64,000 bases of DNA from Chiloscyllium plagiosum (Eukaryota): positions 50,560,870-50,624,869 of the forward strand of contig NC_057728.1 in the NCBI RefSeq assembly GCF_004010195.1, in the 5' to 3' direction. This document shows positions 1-11,670 of this stretch, one piece after another. The notes below the pieces were generated by a model, which did not search any database, was not told the DNA's origin, and worked only from the letters and a program-made list of their open reading frames with translations. Each line of letters starts with the position of its first letter. Positions within the stretch are counted from its first letter, which is position 1. Made by a program: the position numbers and the translations under genes.

Positions 1-770
1 CCCCAAGAGCACTAGCAAACCTCCCCCCAAGGATACTGGTGCCCCTCGGGTTCAGGTGTAGACCATCCTGTTTATAGAGGTCCCACCTTCCCCAGAAAAA
101 ACCCCAGTTATCCAGATACCGGAATCCCTCCCTCCTGCACCATCCCTGTAGCCACGCATTTAACTGTTCTCTCTCCCTATTCCTCAACTCTCCATCACGT
201 GGCACGGGTAACAAACCAGAGACAACAACTCTGAGCTTCCAACCTAGCTCCCTGGGGCTATTTTCCCTGGAGCGTCTGAGGCTGAGGGGTGACCTTATAG
301 AGGTTTATAAATCACGTGGCACGGGTAACAAACCAGAGACAACAACTCTGTTCGTTCTAACTCTGAGCTTCCAACCTAGCTCCCTGGGGCTATTTTCCCT
401 GGAGCATCTGAGGCTGAGGGGTGACCTTATAGAGGTTTATAAAGTCATGAGGGGCATGGATAGGGTGCATACCAAGGTCTTTTCCTGAGGGTGGAGGAAT
501 CCAAAACTGGAAGGCAGAGGTTTAAGGCGAGAGAGGAAAGATTTAAAAGGGACCCAAAGGGCAACTTTTTCTCACATGTATGGAATGAGCTGCTAGAGGA
601 AGTGGCGGAGGCTGGTACAATTACAACATGTAAAAGGCATCTGGATGGGAATATAAATAGAAAGGGTTTAGAGGGATATGGGCCAATTGCTGGCAAATGG
701 GACTTAGTCAGATTGGGATGTCTGGTTGGTCCGGGCGAGTTAGACCGAAGTGTGTTTCTGTGCTATATGA
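1..770. mobile_element. CR1-type LINE pieces: a probable minus-strand fragment joined to a plus-strand 3' end
   Basis: The 3' tail (from ~253) encodes ...RFK-R-ERFKRD-KGNFF...VWNEL-EEV-EAGTITT-KRHLD, shared with many copies in this window. Confidence 0.8.
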
Positions 771-1017
771 CAGGCAAATTGAATTTTATCTCATTGTCCA
801 TTTAGTCACTTTTCACATGTTAAAATGATTTTGACAATATTAACTTGGTATCCTTAACATCATATAGTATTTTCAAAAGATAGAATACGTTGTTGTCAGA
901 AATTTCCACACCCATGTTCCAATTCAGTATCTACTGCAATGAATGTTTAATGATTGAATTTTAAAAGTTTTCTTGAAGAAACCAATCATTATTTGATCAA
1001 ACTGTTTGTTTGTGTAG

Positions 1018-1129
1018 GAGCTTGGGATCAAGCATCCTCTGCACAGAAAGAAGTTACAACTAGCTCTGCAGGCATTTGGCTCTGAAGAAGAAGATAATAA
1101 GGGAAAGCTGGATTACAATTGGGTGACAA
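1018..1129 (+). CDS. PPFIBP1: PPFIBP1 exon (ELGIKHPLHRKKLQLALQAFGSEEEDNKGKLDYNWVT)
   Basis: tgtag acceptor, gtgagt donor, phase 0->1. Confidence 0.95.
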
Positions 1130-4100
1130 GTGAGTAGAGTAATGTATCACAAAGTTCAATAAAGACTTGGAGATCAATAATTGCAGTTATTTAAGAAACT
1201 AAGTCCATCTCTTAGGTGTAATGATTGCAGTTGGGATATGTTCTGCTGTTTCTGAACCTCTGGTTGTGTGGCTACAAATAGGCATAACATCAATGGAAAA
1301 GGAAGGTGTACTGACTGAAATCAGTTTGGAAACCGAGAGAATTACCAGAATATCATGGAGGTAGAGACCAAGTGAAAATGTTGGATGGAATAAAATGTTT
1401 GGTGTGGGGTGGGTAGAGAGGGAATTTACAATCCTAGCGGGTGATAATACTGAACAAGTAAGATCCCAGGCTGAAACCCGGCATGATAGACATAAATTGT
1501 ATTTTTGCAATTTGCAGTGAATGTAAGTTTAATGCACAGAAGAGGAGGAGGAGAAAGTGAAACTATATATTTTATATGAGACAGTTAAAAAGATCTTTTT
1601 ATAAGCATCAAAATAAATATAATCATTAATTCCCAGCAATTTACAGGTGGTTAAATGTTTAATTTCTCATTCAAATGACAAAGTCTCAAGAGTTTCATTT
1701 CAGTGACTGCACATTCAAAAGATGCGCAAGCAGCTTAACTCATTTTTTTTCACTGAAACTCCAAAGGCAAAGCATATTGCATAGCAATATTGTTGCTATA
1801 TTTGTAATTCAGAGACCCAGGAAATGCTTTGCAGACCAGGTCTGGAATTTGAAATTTTACAAAAAGTCTGAAATTAAAACAAATGATAACCGCAAAACTA
1901 CTGTCTGGTGTCAGAAAAATCCAAGTGATTTACTAATGGCCTTTAGGGAAAGAAATCTACTAGCCTAGCCTGGCCTGGCCAATATATGACTCCAGATCCA
2001 CCACAATGAAATGTGGCTGTGAAATGCCCTTTGAAATGGCTAAGTAAGTCACTAAGTTCTATGAAACTCTTTAAAAATCTTAAAAGTAATGAAACTGAGC
2101 AAACCATTTGACAGCGGTCTAGGCACCAAAAGCAACAACAGCAAACTCCTCCCTAAAGTGCCAGAACTGGGAGAGCCTTCTTGCAGACTAGTCAAGCAAC
2201 AGCCTGACGTAGTCTTAATCTCACAATTTACAGACAGTAATCCATACAGCAGCATTATTGCTGATTATGTTCTGTCCCACTGGCACCACTGATCTATCTA
2301 AGGTGGCGGTACAGTGGTAAACAGGAGGGAGTTGCTGTGCAAGTCCTCAACATTGACTGTGTTTCCCCTGAATTAATGGCATCAGAGCAAACAGCCCACT
2401 TGCCTGCCAACAGAACAGTAATGCAATCATGTGGAGGCAAAGTTTCATCCTGACATGAAGAACTGCTTGCATGCCAAACAGCATAAGCCCCAAGCTGTAA
2501 GACTGATTCTCTAATTTAGTGGATCAGATCTAATCTCTAGTACAGCTACTTCTGTTTGTTAATGATGGTGGACAATTGAACAACTCTGCAGTGGTGGAGC
2601 ATCCACAAATATAATTCCCCTCCCCAGTTTTGGGGAATTCCAGCACAATTGTGCAAAAGATTAAGGTTGAAGAAATTGAAAAAATCTTCGGCTCAAAGTA
2701 CCAAGTGGATGACTGTCTCTGTCTCCTTCTAAAGTCCCCATGCTACTACAGTACCACACCTCAGCTAATTCAGTTCCCTCCACCTGGTATTAAAAATGAC
2801 TGAAGGTAGAAGATATTGCAAAACTGTGAGCCCTAACAAAATTGCAACAATCGTACTGAAGATGTGCTCCAGAACTTGCCATGCCTCTGCTTAAGCTGTT
2901 CCAATACAGATTCAGCACGCAAGCTGAAAACAAGTAACATTTACACCACACAAGTGCCAAGGAATAACCATCTCCAATAAAAGACTATCTAATACTGCCC
3001 CTTGACATTGAATGGTGTCACTGAATCCCCCACTCTCTGTCAACATCGTATAGGTTACCATTAACCAAAAACTCAACTGGACTTACCACAAAAACGCAAT
3101 GGCTACAAGAACAAGTCAGAGGCTAGGAATACTGCAGTGAGTAGCTCACCTCCTGACTCCCCAAAGTCTATCCGCTATCTACAAGGCACACGTCAGGAGT
3201 GTAATGGAATACTCCCCACTTGCCTGGATGGGTGCAGCTCCAACACCAATCAAAAAGCTTGACAACCTCCAGGACAAAGCAGCTTACTTGATTGGTACCA
3301 AATCCTCAAACACCCACTCCCTCCACCATAGTACACACTGCTGCTATTGAGTGTTAATCTACAAGATGCACTGCAGAAATTCACCAAAGATCCTCAGACA
3401 GCACCTTCCAAACCCATGATATTTACATCTGGAAGAACAAGGGCAGCCAATATATGGCAATACTGCCACTTGCCTTCTTGACTTGGAAATATGTTGTCTT
3501 TCCTTTAGTGACACTGGTACAAAATCTTGGAATTACATCCTTGAACGTGTTGCATGTTTACCTACACAGAATGGACAGTAGCAGATCAAGAAACAGCTTA
3601 CTAGCTCTCCACCTCCTTCTGAAAGCCAATTGAGATGGACAATGAATGCAGTTGCAGTCAGAAAAATCCACATCCCCGAATGAATCAAAAAACATTAGCC
3701 ACATAAGCGGAGTGTGCTGACAGTACTCAGATATCCTGTGCTTGCAAAACTCAGAACATAGTGTCCAGTTTTAGATGTGATTCTGCAATGGGACATTGCT
3801 GTGCCATCTAGATTATGCTAAGACTTGTGCTAATACCCAATTCAAGATGATCAACCAGGCATGCAGTTTGGCCCACATATGTATTCCGGAATGTACACAG
3901 GGTTGTACGTTTTGCCAAAGAAGAAAATACTATGTTGTGCTACTTCAATCTGCAGAAAACCCCATACTTATCTTTATCCAGTCACTTCAATATGAAGTAA
4001 TACATGTTGTTTTGATCATACAAATGTTTTCCAATGCAGTTTGCATACTATCAAAGCAGTAAATAGAATTTATCTCCCTTAGGGTGGCTGGATGACATTG

Positions 4101-7100
4101 GATTACCCCAGTACAAGACTCAGTTTGATGAAGGAAGAGTTGATGGTCGAATGCTCCACTATGTGACTGTGGTTAGTAAATTCTTATTTGAGAGTTTGTG
4201 GTAATTTTTAAAAGTTAATTAATAGCTTACAGTAAAGGTTAGATTTGTATTTTAAACTGCATGCCTCTTTTCTCCCATTGACTGTTAAACAAACAATGTA
4301 ATTAACCTACTATTTAAGTTTACGTTGACTAGTTATTGTTGCCCAAATCATTCCTTCAAATCAAGTCATAGGTGAAAACATCTTCTGGAAAAGGCACGTG
4401 ACAGGACCCTAGGAATGGCAAATAATATTTAGAAGCTGAGTTTACAACTAAGGTTGAGAGAGTCCTTGATATTGCTGGATTAATATTTCTTGATTAATAT
4501 TTCCTTGATTAATATTTCTCATTAAAATAAATGTTTGAGATATCAGCCATTTTAGAGCACCATTTGACAGTTTGGATGTTTTCCAGTTGGCCCAGATGTT
4601 AAATCATTTCCAGCAAATATGGTCCAGTTGTACTCAAATAGATCACAAATAGTGAAAGTAGCTTGTGCACAAAAGGGAAAGAGAAATCATAGGTCAAGAC
4701 TCAATTAGAAAGTTCTGTCCTAAACAGTTTCACCTAACCTTTCATGCTTAAGAAACAAAGGTGCAAGAATGTTTCAGATAAACCATATTTAATGCAAATT
4801 TGGTGTTTCAAGCAGAATTGTTCTAAATGGCATTTTCTAAAGTAGTGAATTTTAGGCAATTTTAACCGTTTATCATTTTTAAACAATCCTTTTTAAAATT
4901 TCTGTTCCAAACTAGTTTAAATTTGCTGGTCTTAAAAGGATGATTTGAGTGTTTCACTGCAGTATTAAATATCTGTTGAACTAACAAGCTAAACACTTCA
5001 TCCTGTTTTTGTTTAAAAATTGTACTTGTATAAATTAGCAAGCACCTGCCATTTTTCCTGTGACACAATTATGTCCTTGCTTTTATTATTAGCATTCAAT
5101 TTGGTCCTCATTCATTTCAGTAGTTTGTCACAGGGATGAAATACAGTTTCTCAGTTTAGTTTCTGATTCCTACTCCTGTAGGATGACCTGTTGTCGCTAA
5201 AAGTTGGAAGTGTTCTCCATCACCTCAGCATCAAGAGGGCAATTCAGGTTCTCCGAATAAATAATTTTGAAGCTAATTGTCTTCGTAGAAGACCATCTGA
5301 TGAGGTATGTGTAAAGATTGCTGTGAGACAATTTGAGCTTGACTGAACAGCAAGACTTTGGTTTGGATCCCCCGCATGCATTGAGGGTGGTGTGTGAAGG
5401 CTTGGCATGCCTGACTGTGAGAATTGTGAAGAAATATCTGTGGACTGCTGCCTCATTACTGCTGGCAAAGTGAAATTGGTAAAATTCCTTGGGCATAGTT
5501 CCTCAGGAAGGTAAAGGGATAAATTGAGAAATATATTCTCTGAAATAATTTGTTCTTCCTGTGTAGTTGGTGTCATGCTTCATTCTGCCCTTTAATAGGT
5601 GCCACTGTACTCCAGCCTTGTGGTGTGGGTATTGCTCCATCGTTGAGTGAAGGTGAGCAGTCAGGACTTGACTGCAACAAACATTATTGTGTTCTCTTAA
5701 ATGAAATCGATCCTCCTTGTATCATATATTTTCCAGTGATTATATTAAGCTAATTTGCTACCATTAACATCTGCAAACCAGAGGGAGGTGATGAGTTTTG
5801 GGTGGAGGTTTGCTCGCTGAGCTGGAAGGTTCATTTCCAGACGTTTCATTACCCTACTAGGTAACATCTTCAGTGGGCCTCAAGCGAAGCAGTGCTGAAA
5901 ATTCCTGCTTTCTATTTATATGTTTGGGTTTCTTTGGGTTGGTGATGTCATTTCCGGTGGTGGTGGTGTTTCCTGTGGTGAAGTCACTTCCTGTTCCTTT
6001 TCTCAGGGGGTGGTAGATGGGGTCTATCAAAAAACACAGAGTTAGACCCCATCTACCACCCCCTGAGAAAAGGAACAGGAAATGACATTGCCACAGGAAA
6101 TGACATCACCAACCCAAAGAAACCCAAACATATAAATAGAAAGCAGGAACTTTCAGCATCACTTCGCCTGAGGTCCACTGAAGATGTTACCTAGCAGGGT
6201 AACAAAATGTCTGGAAATGAACCTTCCCGCTCAGTGAGCAAACCTACATCCCAAACCTCAACCTGAGCTACAAATCTTCTCAAGACTCAATAGGAGGTAA
6301 TGAGTGCCTATATCTATGGAGCCTGCATTTACCTGATGTCTTTCATGACCTGGGTGTCCTTAAGTATGTGCTCACTGTTAATACAGGTGTGAGGTGCAGA
6401 ACTTAAGTCTGTGTCATCTCTTAAATTTGAGGGGAAAGACCATTTGAATCAGCTGTCACTACTTACTTTCTAGAATAACATCACCCCCGCTGAAGTCTCC
6501 CGGTGGACGAATCACCGAGTGATGGAATGGCTACGCTCAGCAGATTTGGCAGAATATGCACCCAATTTGCGTGGTAGTGGAGTGCACGGTGGATTAATGG
6601 TAAGAGGAAACAGAACATAAGAACAAGGAGCAAGAGTAGGCTATCTAGCCCTTTGAGCCCACTCTGCCATTCAATTAGATAATGGCTACCGTTCAATAAG
6701 ATCAAGGGTCAGCTCCACTTACCCACCTTCTGACCAGAACCCTTAATTCCTTTACTGTTCAAAAAATTATCTATCTTAGCTTTAAAAACATTCAATGAGG
6801 AAGCCTCTACTACTTCACAGGGCAGGAAATTCCATACATTCACAACCCTTGGGGTGAAGAGGTTCCTCCTCAACTTGGTCCTAAATCTACTCCCCCTTAT
6901 TTTGAGGCTATGCCCTCTTGTTCTAGTTTCACCTGCCAGTGGAAACCACCTCCCTGCTTCTATCTTACCTATTCATTTTGTAATTTTATATATTACCATT
7001 TGATCCCTCCTCATTCATCTAAATTTCAGTGAATATAATCCCAGTCTACTCCGTCTCTCCTCAAAAGCCAACCCCCTCAACTCCACTGAAGTGAATCTCT

Positions 7101-10100
7101 GCTGCACCCCCTCCAGTGCCAGTACATCCTTTCTCAAGTAAGGAGACCAAAACTGCACGCAGTACTCCAGGTGTGACCTCACCAGCACCCTATACGGCTG
7201 TAATACAATCTCCCAGCTTTTAAACTCAATCCCTTGAGCAATAAAGTACAAAATTTCATTTGTCGTCTTAATTACCTATTGAACCTGCAAAGCAACGTAC
7301 TGCAATTCACGCACAAGAACACCCAGGTCCCTCTACATAGCAGCATGCTACAATTTTTAACAGTTCAAATAATTCTTTTTAACTGTTAATCTACCAAAAT
7401 GGATCACTTGATATTTATTAACATTGTACTCCATCTGCCAGACCTTTGCCGACTCACTTAAACTATCTCTATCCCTCTGCAAACCTTTTGAGTCCTCTGC
7501 ACGTTAACTTTGGCACACTACATGTGGTCCCCAACTCCAAATCATCTATGTAAATTGTGAATAATTGCAGTCCCAACACTGATCCTTAAAGCACATCACT
7601 AGTCACTGATTGTTTTTCTGGTTGGCAATCACTTATCTCCACTCTTTGCTTCCTGTTAGTTAGGAGAAAGTGAGGTCTGCAGATGCTGGAGATCAGAGCT
7701 GGAAATGTGTTGCTGGAAAAGCGCAGCAGGTCAGGCTTATGCCCGAAACGTCGATTCTCCTGTTCCCTGGATGCTGCCTGACCTGCTGCGCTTTTCCTTC
7801 CTGTTAGTTAATCAATCCTCCATCCATGCTGATACTTTGCCCGTAACACTGTGCACCTTTATCTTATACACCGGCTTTTTTTGTGGCATCTTGTCAAATT
7901 CCTTTTGGAAATATAGAGGCACCAGATCTACTGAGTTCCCATTGACCACCTTGCTTGTAATGTCTTCATAGAATTCCAGTAAATTAATTGAACATGATCT
8001 GCCTTTCATGAACCCATGTTGCGTCTGTCCAATGGGGCAGTTTCTATCTAGACGTCTTGCTGTTTCTTCCTTGATTGATAGATTCAAGCATTTTCCCTGC
8101 TATAGAAGCCAACTGGCTTATAATTCCCCATCTTTTGTCTACCTCCTTTTTTTAAGCAATGGCGTCACACTTGCTGTTTTCCAATCTCCTGGAACTGCCC
8201 CCGGATCCAGCGAAGTTTGAAAAATTATCACAAGTGTACTTGCTATTTCTCCTGCCATCTCTTTAGTAGCCTGGATTGCATTCCATCAGGTCCAGGAATC
8301 TTGTCTGCCTTTAAGCTCCACTAGCTTGCCCAGCACTGTGTTTCATGATATTGATAATTTCCTAGGTCCTCACCTATTTTCGTCTCCTTGTCAATTACTG
8401 GCATGTTATTCCTGTCCTCCACTGTAAGACTGACACAAAGTACCTGTTCAATGCCTCAGCTATTTTTTCATTTACCATTATTAAAAGTCTTCCTTCTCAT
8501 CTTCTAAATGACCAGAGTTTACCTTAGCCACTTTCTCATTTTCTGTATTGGTAGAAACTTTTGCTGTCTATCTTTGTTCTGAGCTAGTTTACTCTCATAA
8601 GTAACTTTTCTTTGTTGCTTTTTTTATGGCTTTCTGTTGACCTTTAAAGTTTTACCAATCTTCTGGGTTGCCACCGGTCTTTGGCACTTTTGTATGCATA
8701 TCTTTCGATTTGATAGCCTTCCTTATTTCCATAGACATCTGTGACTGAAAAGAAGGCAGACATTTATAGCAGGTTATGTTCCCTTCACCAGCATCACCAC
8801 AGTGGCTAGGAATAAAAGCACCAGACTGACACTTTAGGAAGAGCAGATTGAATAGAAACAACAAAGTTTCCTTTTAAAAGGAAAATTTAGTGGATGCTGA
8901 AAACCTTTTTTAAAAAAAAACTGCTGGCAATACTTGGGTCTGGTAGTATCTACGGACAGAGAAACAGAGCAAACATTTCAAGTCAGTGGCCTTTCGTCAG
9001 AACTGAAAAACGTTGGAGACAAGCAATTTTTTAAACATGTCCACAGACTTGGGGAAGAGGTTTTGGACTGGGAACCAAGATGTTTTTTCCTGTATCCAAA
9101 TCTGAGATTTTTCTCTCGTGTGTACTTGATCAATGTTCTATTTTTATTTCCCTCTTGTTAAAACCTGCTAGCCTTTTGGTAGTTACTCCAATGCTGTATT
9201 GGTCAATAGCTAGCTGCTGGTGCATCTAGTCTGTGAGAAGGCAGTAGCTATTTGTTTCATTGGGAGTAGTAGTTTCTCCAATTGTAACTAAATACGACAG
9301 GAAGTATTTTAACCTTGCGCTGTGCACTCTCGCTTCTGGAACTTGACTGGAATCCTATACATCTAACTTTGGATTTGTGTAGCCTTGGGCAGTCAGCTGT
9401 GAGGACAGAGATGCACAAGGTTGTGAAATTGGAAATAAGCAGTCTTGATCAAGAATACATGTTAAATGTGATTAATCTATTCTATCTATAGGTTCTAGAA
9501 CCTCGTTTTAATGTGGAAACACTAGCGATGCTGCTAAACATCCCTCCCAACAAGACACTACTTAGACGACACTTAGCTACTCACTTTAATTTGCTGGTTG
9601 GTCCTGATGCTCAGCAGCAGAAACGAGAGGCTGTGGAATCCCCAGACTATTCTCTCCTAACAGCCACTGCCAAAGTAAAGGTGGGTATAAAAAGCAGTAC
9701 ATGCAAACTGTTTCTCCTTATTCTGTGTTGTATTTATGTGATTGTATCTTGTGCACATTATACAGATGAACAATTTGAAGCACCATCTAGGTATATTCAA
9801 CAAGCATGTTGAAGGCTGAGTGTTTTTGTTGTAGGTACAGAAGCCCACATTCCTGTCAATTCTCCTGTTCCTTGGATGTTGCCTGACCTGCTGCGCTTTT
9901 CCAGCAACACATTTTCAGCTCTGATCTCCAGCATCTGCAGACCTCACTTTCTCCATCACTTAAGAAAGCTCTAATAACTTTCTGTTTTTAGGGCATAGAA
10001 CTGTACAGTACAGGAACAGGCCCTTTGGCCCACAGTGTTGTGTTGAACATGATGCCACATTAGACTTCTCCCTTCTGCCTGCTCTTGATCCATGTCCCTC

Positions 10101-11670
10101 CATCCCTTGCATATTCATATGCTTATCTAAAAGTCTCTTAAATGTCCCTTCATATCTGCCTCCACCACTATGCCTGGCAGCATGTTCCACACTCTCTGCA
10201 AAAACAAAACTTGCCTCTCACATCTCCTTTGAACTCCCCCACCTTAACTGCATGCCCCCTAGTTTTGGACATTTCAACTTTGGAGGGGTATGGGGAAAAG
10301 AAAAATTAAGTGTCAACCTAATCTGTGCATCTCCGTTTTATAGACTTCTATCAAGTCTCCCTCAGCCACTACTGCTCTAGAGAAAGCAACCCAAGTTTTT
10401 CTAGCCTCTCCTTATAGCTCATGTTCTCTACTCCAGCCAGAATTCTGGTAAACTTCTTCTGCACCCTTTCCAAAGCTTGCTGTAAATGTACTTACCACAA
10501 TACTGTGTGGCCTAAGCAAAGTCTTATAAAGCTGCAAGATAACATCCTGACTTTTGGACTCAATTTCCCAACAGATAAAAGCAAGCATGCCATATGCCGC
10601 CTTTACAATCCTACCTACTTGCGTGGATTCTATATAGAGGGTATAAATTGGTTTGTGGCTATCACTGATTGGATGTTGATAATTGTACATTTCTCCTACA
10701 GCCAAGAAAGCTGGCATTCAGTAATTTTGGAAGCTTGAAGAAACGGAAACAGGATGAAGAAGAATATGTATGTCCAATGGAATTGGGACTTCCTGCAGGA
10801 ACTGGTTTCAGACAAGGAAATAAACAGACACGGGGAATAGACATACGAGTATATAACGATGAAGACTTGGACAGGATAGAGCAGGTAAAGGTGACCATGT
10901 GCAGACTAATGCTTAATGTTGTTAATTAAGATTTTTAGTAGAAACCATTTTAGACTTCGCTAAGAACATAAATTCATTTAAACTGTCGACATGTACATCA
11001 GCAGGAAAGCTGCTACTTCTCGGTTGCTGCTAGAGTTAGTCTTTGAGGAATCAGGAATCTTTTTGCTTTGTATAGTAGCTCAAGTATTTTCAGCTGTTTG
11101 AGGTCCAATGTTAAAAGCGCCTTCATATTTTTCTCAAACGTTTTGGCACTTGAGTGCTGAAACAGGCCCAAGCAGTCTACAGACATAACCCTTTTCATGT
11201 CCATTGTCTAAGATGAGTTACAAAAGCATATTGAGAGTGACTCGGGTGGAGGTGCCAATGGGACTGGAGGAGGTACTGTTGGATTGAATTATAAATTGAC
11301 TGTATGGTCATGATGTTTTATTGACGAATGTTCTTGAGGATAACAATGTGTGCTACTTACTTGTAGATGGATGATTCTGAAGGAACAGTGAGGCAAATTG
11401 GAGCGTTCTCTGAGGGAATCAATAACCTAACAGTAAGTGTGGTACTGAAAAGCAATAAACTTAAAATAAGAAATGTGCCTGTGAAAGAAACTAGAGATTT
11501 TGTATCATTTTCCAAAGTATTTTTTAACTTTATTTTTGCCTATTTATCTTGTGCCTCAGTATCTTCTTTCCTTTTCTTTGTAGCATATGCTAAAGGAGGA
11601 TGAGATGTTTAAAGATTTAAGTGCAGGCTCTCCATGCACCAGCATGACTGATGAGGATTCAAACGTGTAA
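1018..11670 (+). CDS. PPFIBP1: Liprin-beta-1, 3' part (SAM domains and C-terminus); join of 8 exons, 5' exons lie upstream of the window
   Basis: Exons 1018-1129, 4083-4171, 5182-5304, 6474-6599, 9492-9680, 10702-10884, 11367-11432 and 11584-11670 are all AG/GT bounded and phase-compatible. The translation ELGIKHPLHRKKLQLALQ...WLDDIGLPQYKTQFDEGRVDGRMLH...WTNHRVMEWLRSADLAEYAPNLRGSGVHGGLM...TDEDSNV* matches vertebrate liprin-beta-1 as I recall it. Confidence 0.96.
1890..3690 (+). mobile_element. Old, internally deleted non-LTR retrotransposon (endonuclease and RT C-terminal remnants)
   Basis: RLVKQQPDVV endonuclease-like start; YKAHVRSVMEYSPLAW near 3180-3230; a reverse copy of the 3' part lies at ~44100-44610. 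Confidence 0.65.
4083..4171 (+). CDS. PPFIBP1: PPFIBP1 exon (RWLDDIGLPQYKTQFDEGRVDGRMLHYVTV)
   Basis: cttag acceptor, gttagt donor, phase 1->0. Confidence 0.95.
5182..5304 (+). CDS. PPFIBP1: PPFIBP1 exon (DDLLSLKVGSVLHHLSIKRAIQVLRINNFEANCLRRRPSDE)
   Basis: tgtag acceptor, gtatgt donor, 123 nt, phase 0->0. Confidence 0.95.
5797..6292. mobile_element. Fold-back element with a hammerhead-like motif in each arm (Penelope-type terminal repeat derivative)
   Basis: Inverted arms ~5806-6026 and ~6043-6245; flanking 13-bp direct repeat with 1 mismatch (5784-5796 / 6293-6305). Confidence 0.8.
5837..5876 (-). ncRNA. Minimal type-I hammerhead ribozyme motif
   Basis: CCA-CUGAAGA-U-GUUACC-uaguag-GGUAAU-GAAA-CG-UC-UGG. 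Confidence 0.6.
6474..6599 (+). CDS. PPFIBP1: PPFIBP1 exon (NNITPAEVSRWTNHRVMEWLRSADLAEYAPNLRGSGVHGGLM)
   Basis: tctag acceptor, gtaaga donor, 126 nt. Confidence 0.95.
6610..8735 (-). mobile_element. CR1-type LINE, decayed 3' ORF2 (RT) fragment
   Basis: QHGFMKGRSC and RSHLEYCVQFWSPY remnants. Confidence 0.85.
7663..7796. mobile_element. Short fold-back family-A element inserted in the CR1
   Basis: Perfect 14-bp TSD cttcctgttagtta (7649-7662 / 7797-7810). Confidence 0.85.
9492..9680 (+). CDS. PPFIBP1: PPFIBP1 exon (VLEPRFNVETLAMLLNIPPNKTLLRRHLATHFNLL...TATAKVK)
   Basis: tatag acceptor, gtgggt donor, 189 nt. Confidence 0.95.
9995..10630 (-). mobile_element. CR1-type LINE 3' fragment
   Basis: AYGMLAFI...LQLYKTLLRPH remnants. 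Confidence 0.75.
10702..10884 (+). CDS. PPFIBP1: PPFIBP1 exon (PRKLAFSNFGSLKKRKQDEEEYVCPMELG...DLDRIEQ)
   Basis: tacag acceptor, gtaaag donor, 183 nt. Confidence 0.95.
11367..11432 (+). CDS. PPFIBP1: PPFIBP1 exon (MDDSEGTVRQIGAFSEGINNLT)
   Basis: tgtag acceptor, gtaagt donor, 66 nt. Confidence 0.95.
11584..11670 (+). CDS. PPFIBP1: PPFIBP1 last coding exon (HMLKEDEMFKDLSAGSPCTSMTDEDSNV*)
   Basis: Long pyrimidine tract plus tgtag acceptor; TAA at 11668-11670. Confidence 0.95.
   Translation, partial: HMLKEDEMFKDLSAGSPCTSMTDEDSNV

Noticed and set aside
4478..4518. Three copies of GATTAATATTTC
   Set aside because: A tiny AT-rich slippage repeat with no evidence of function.
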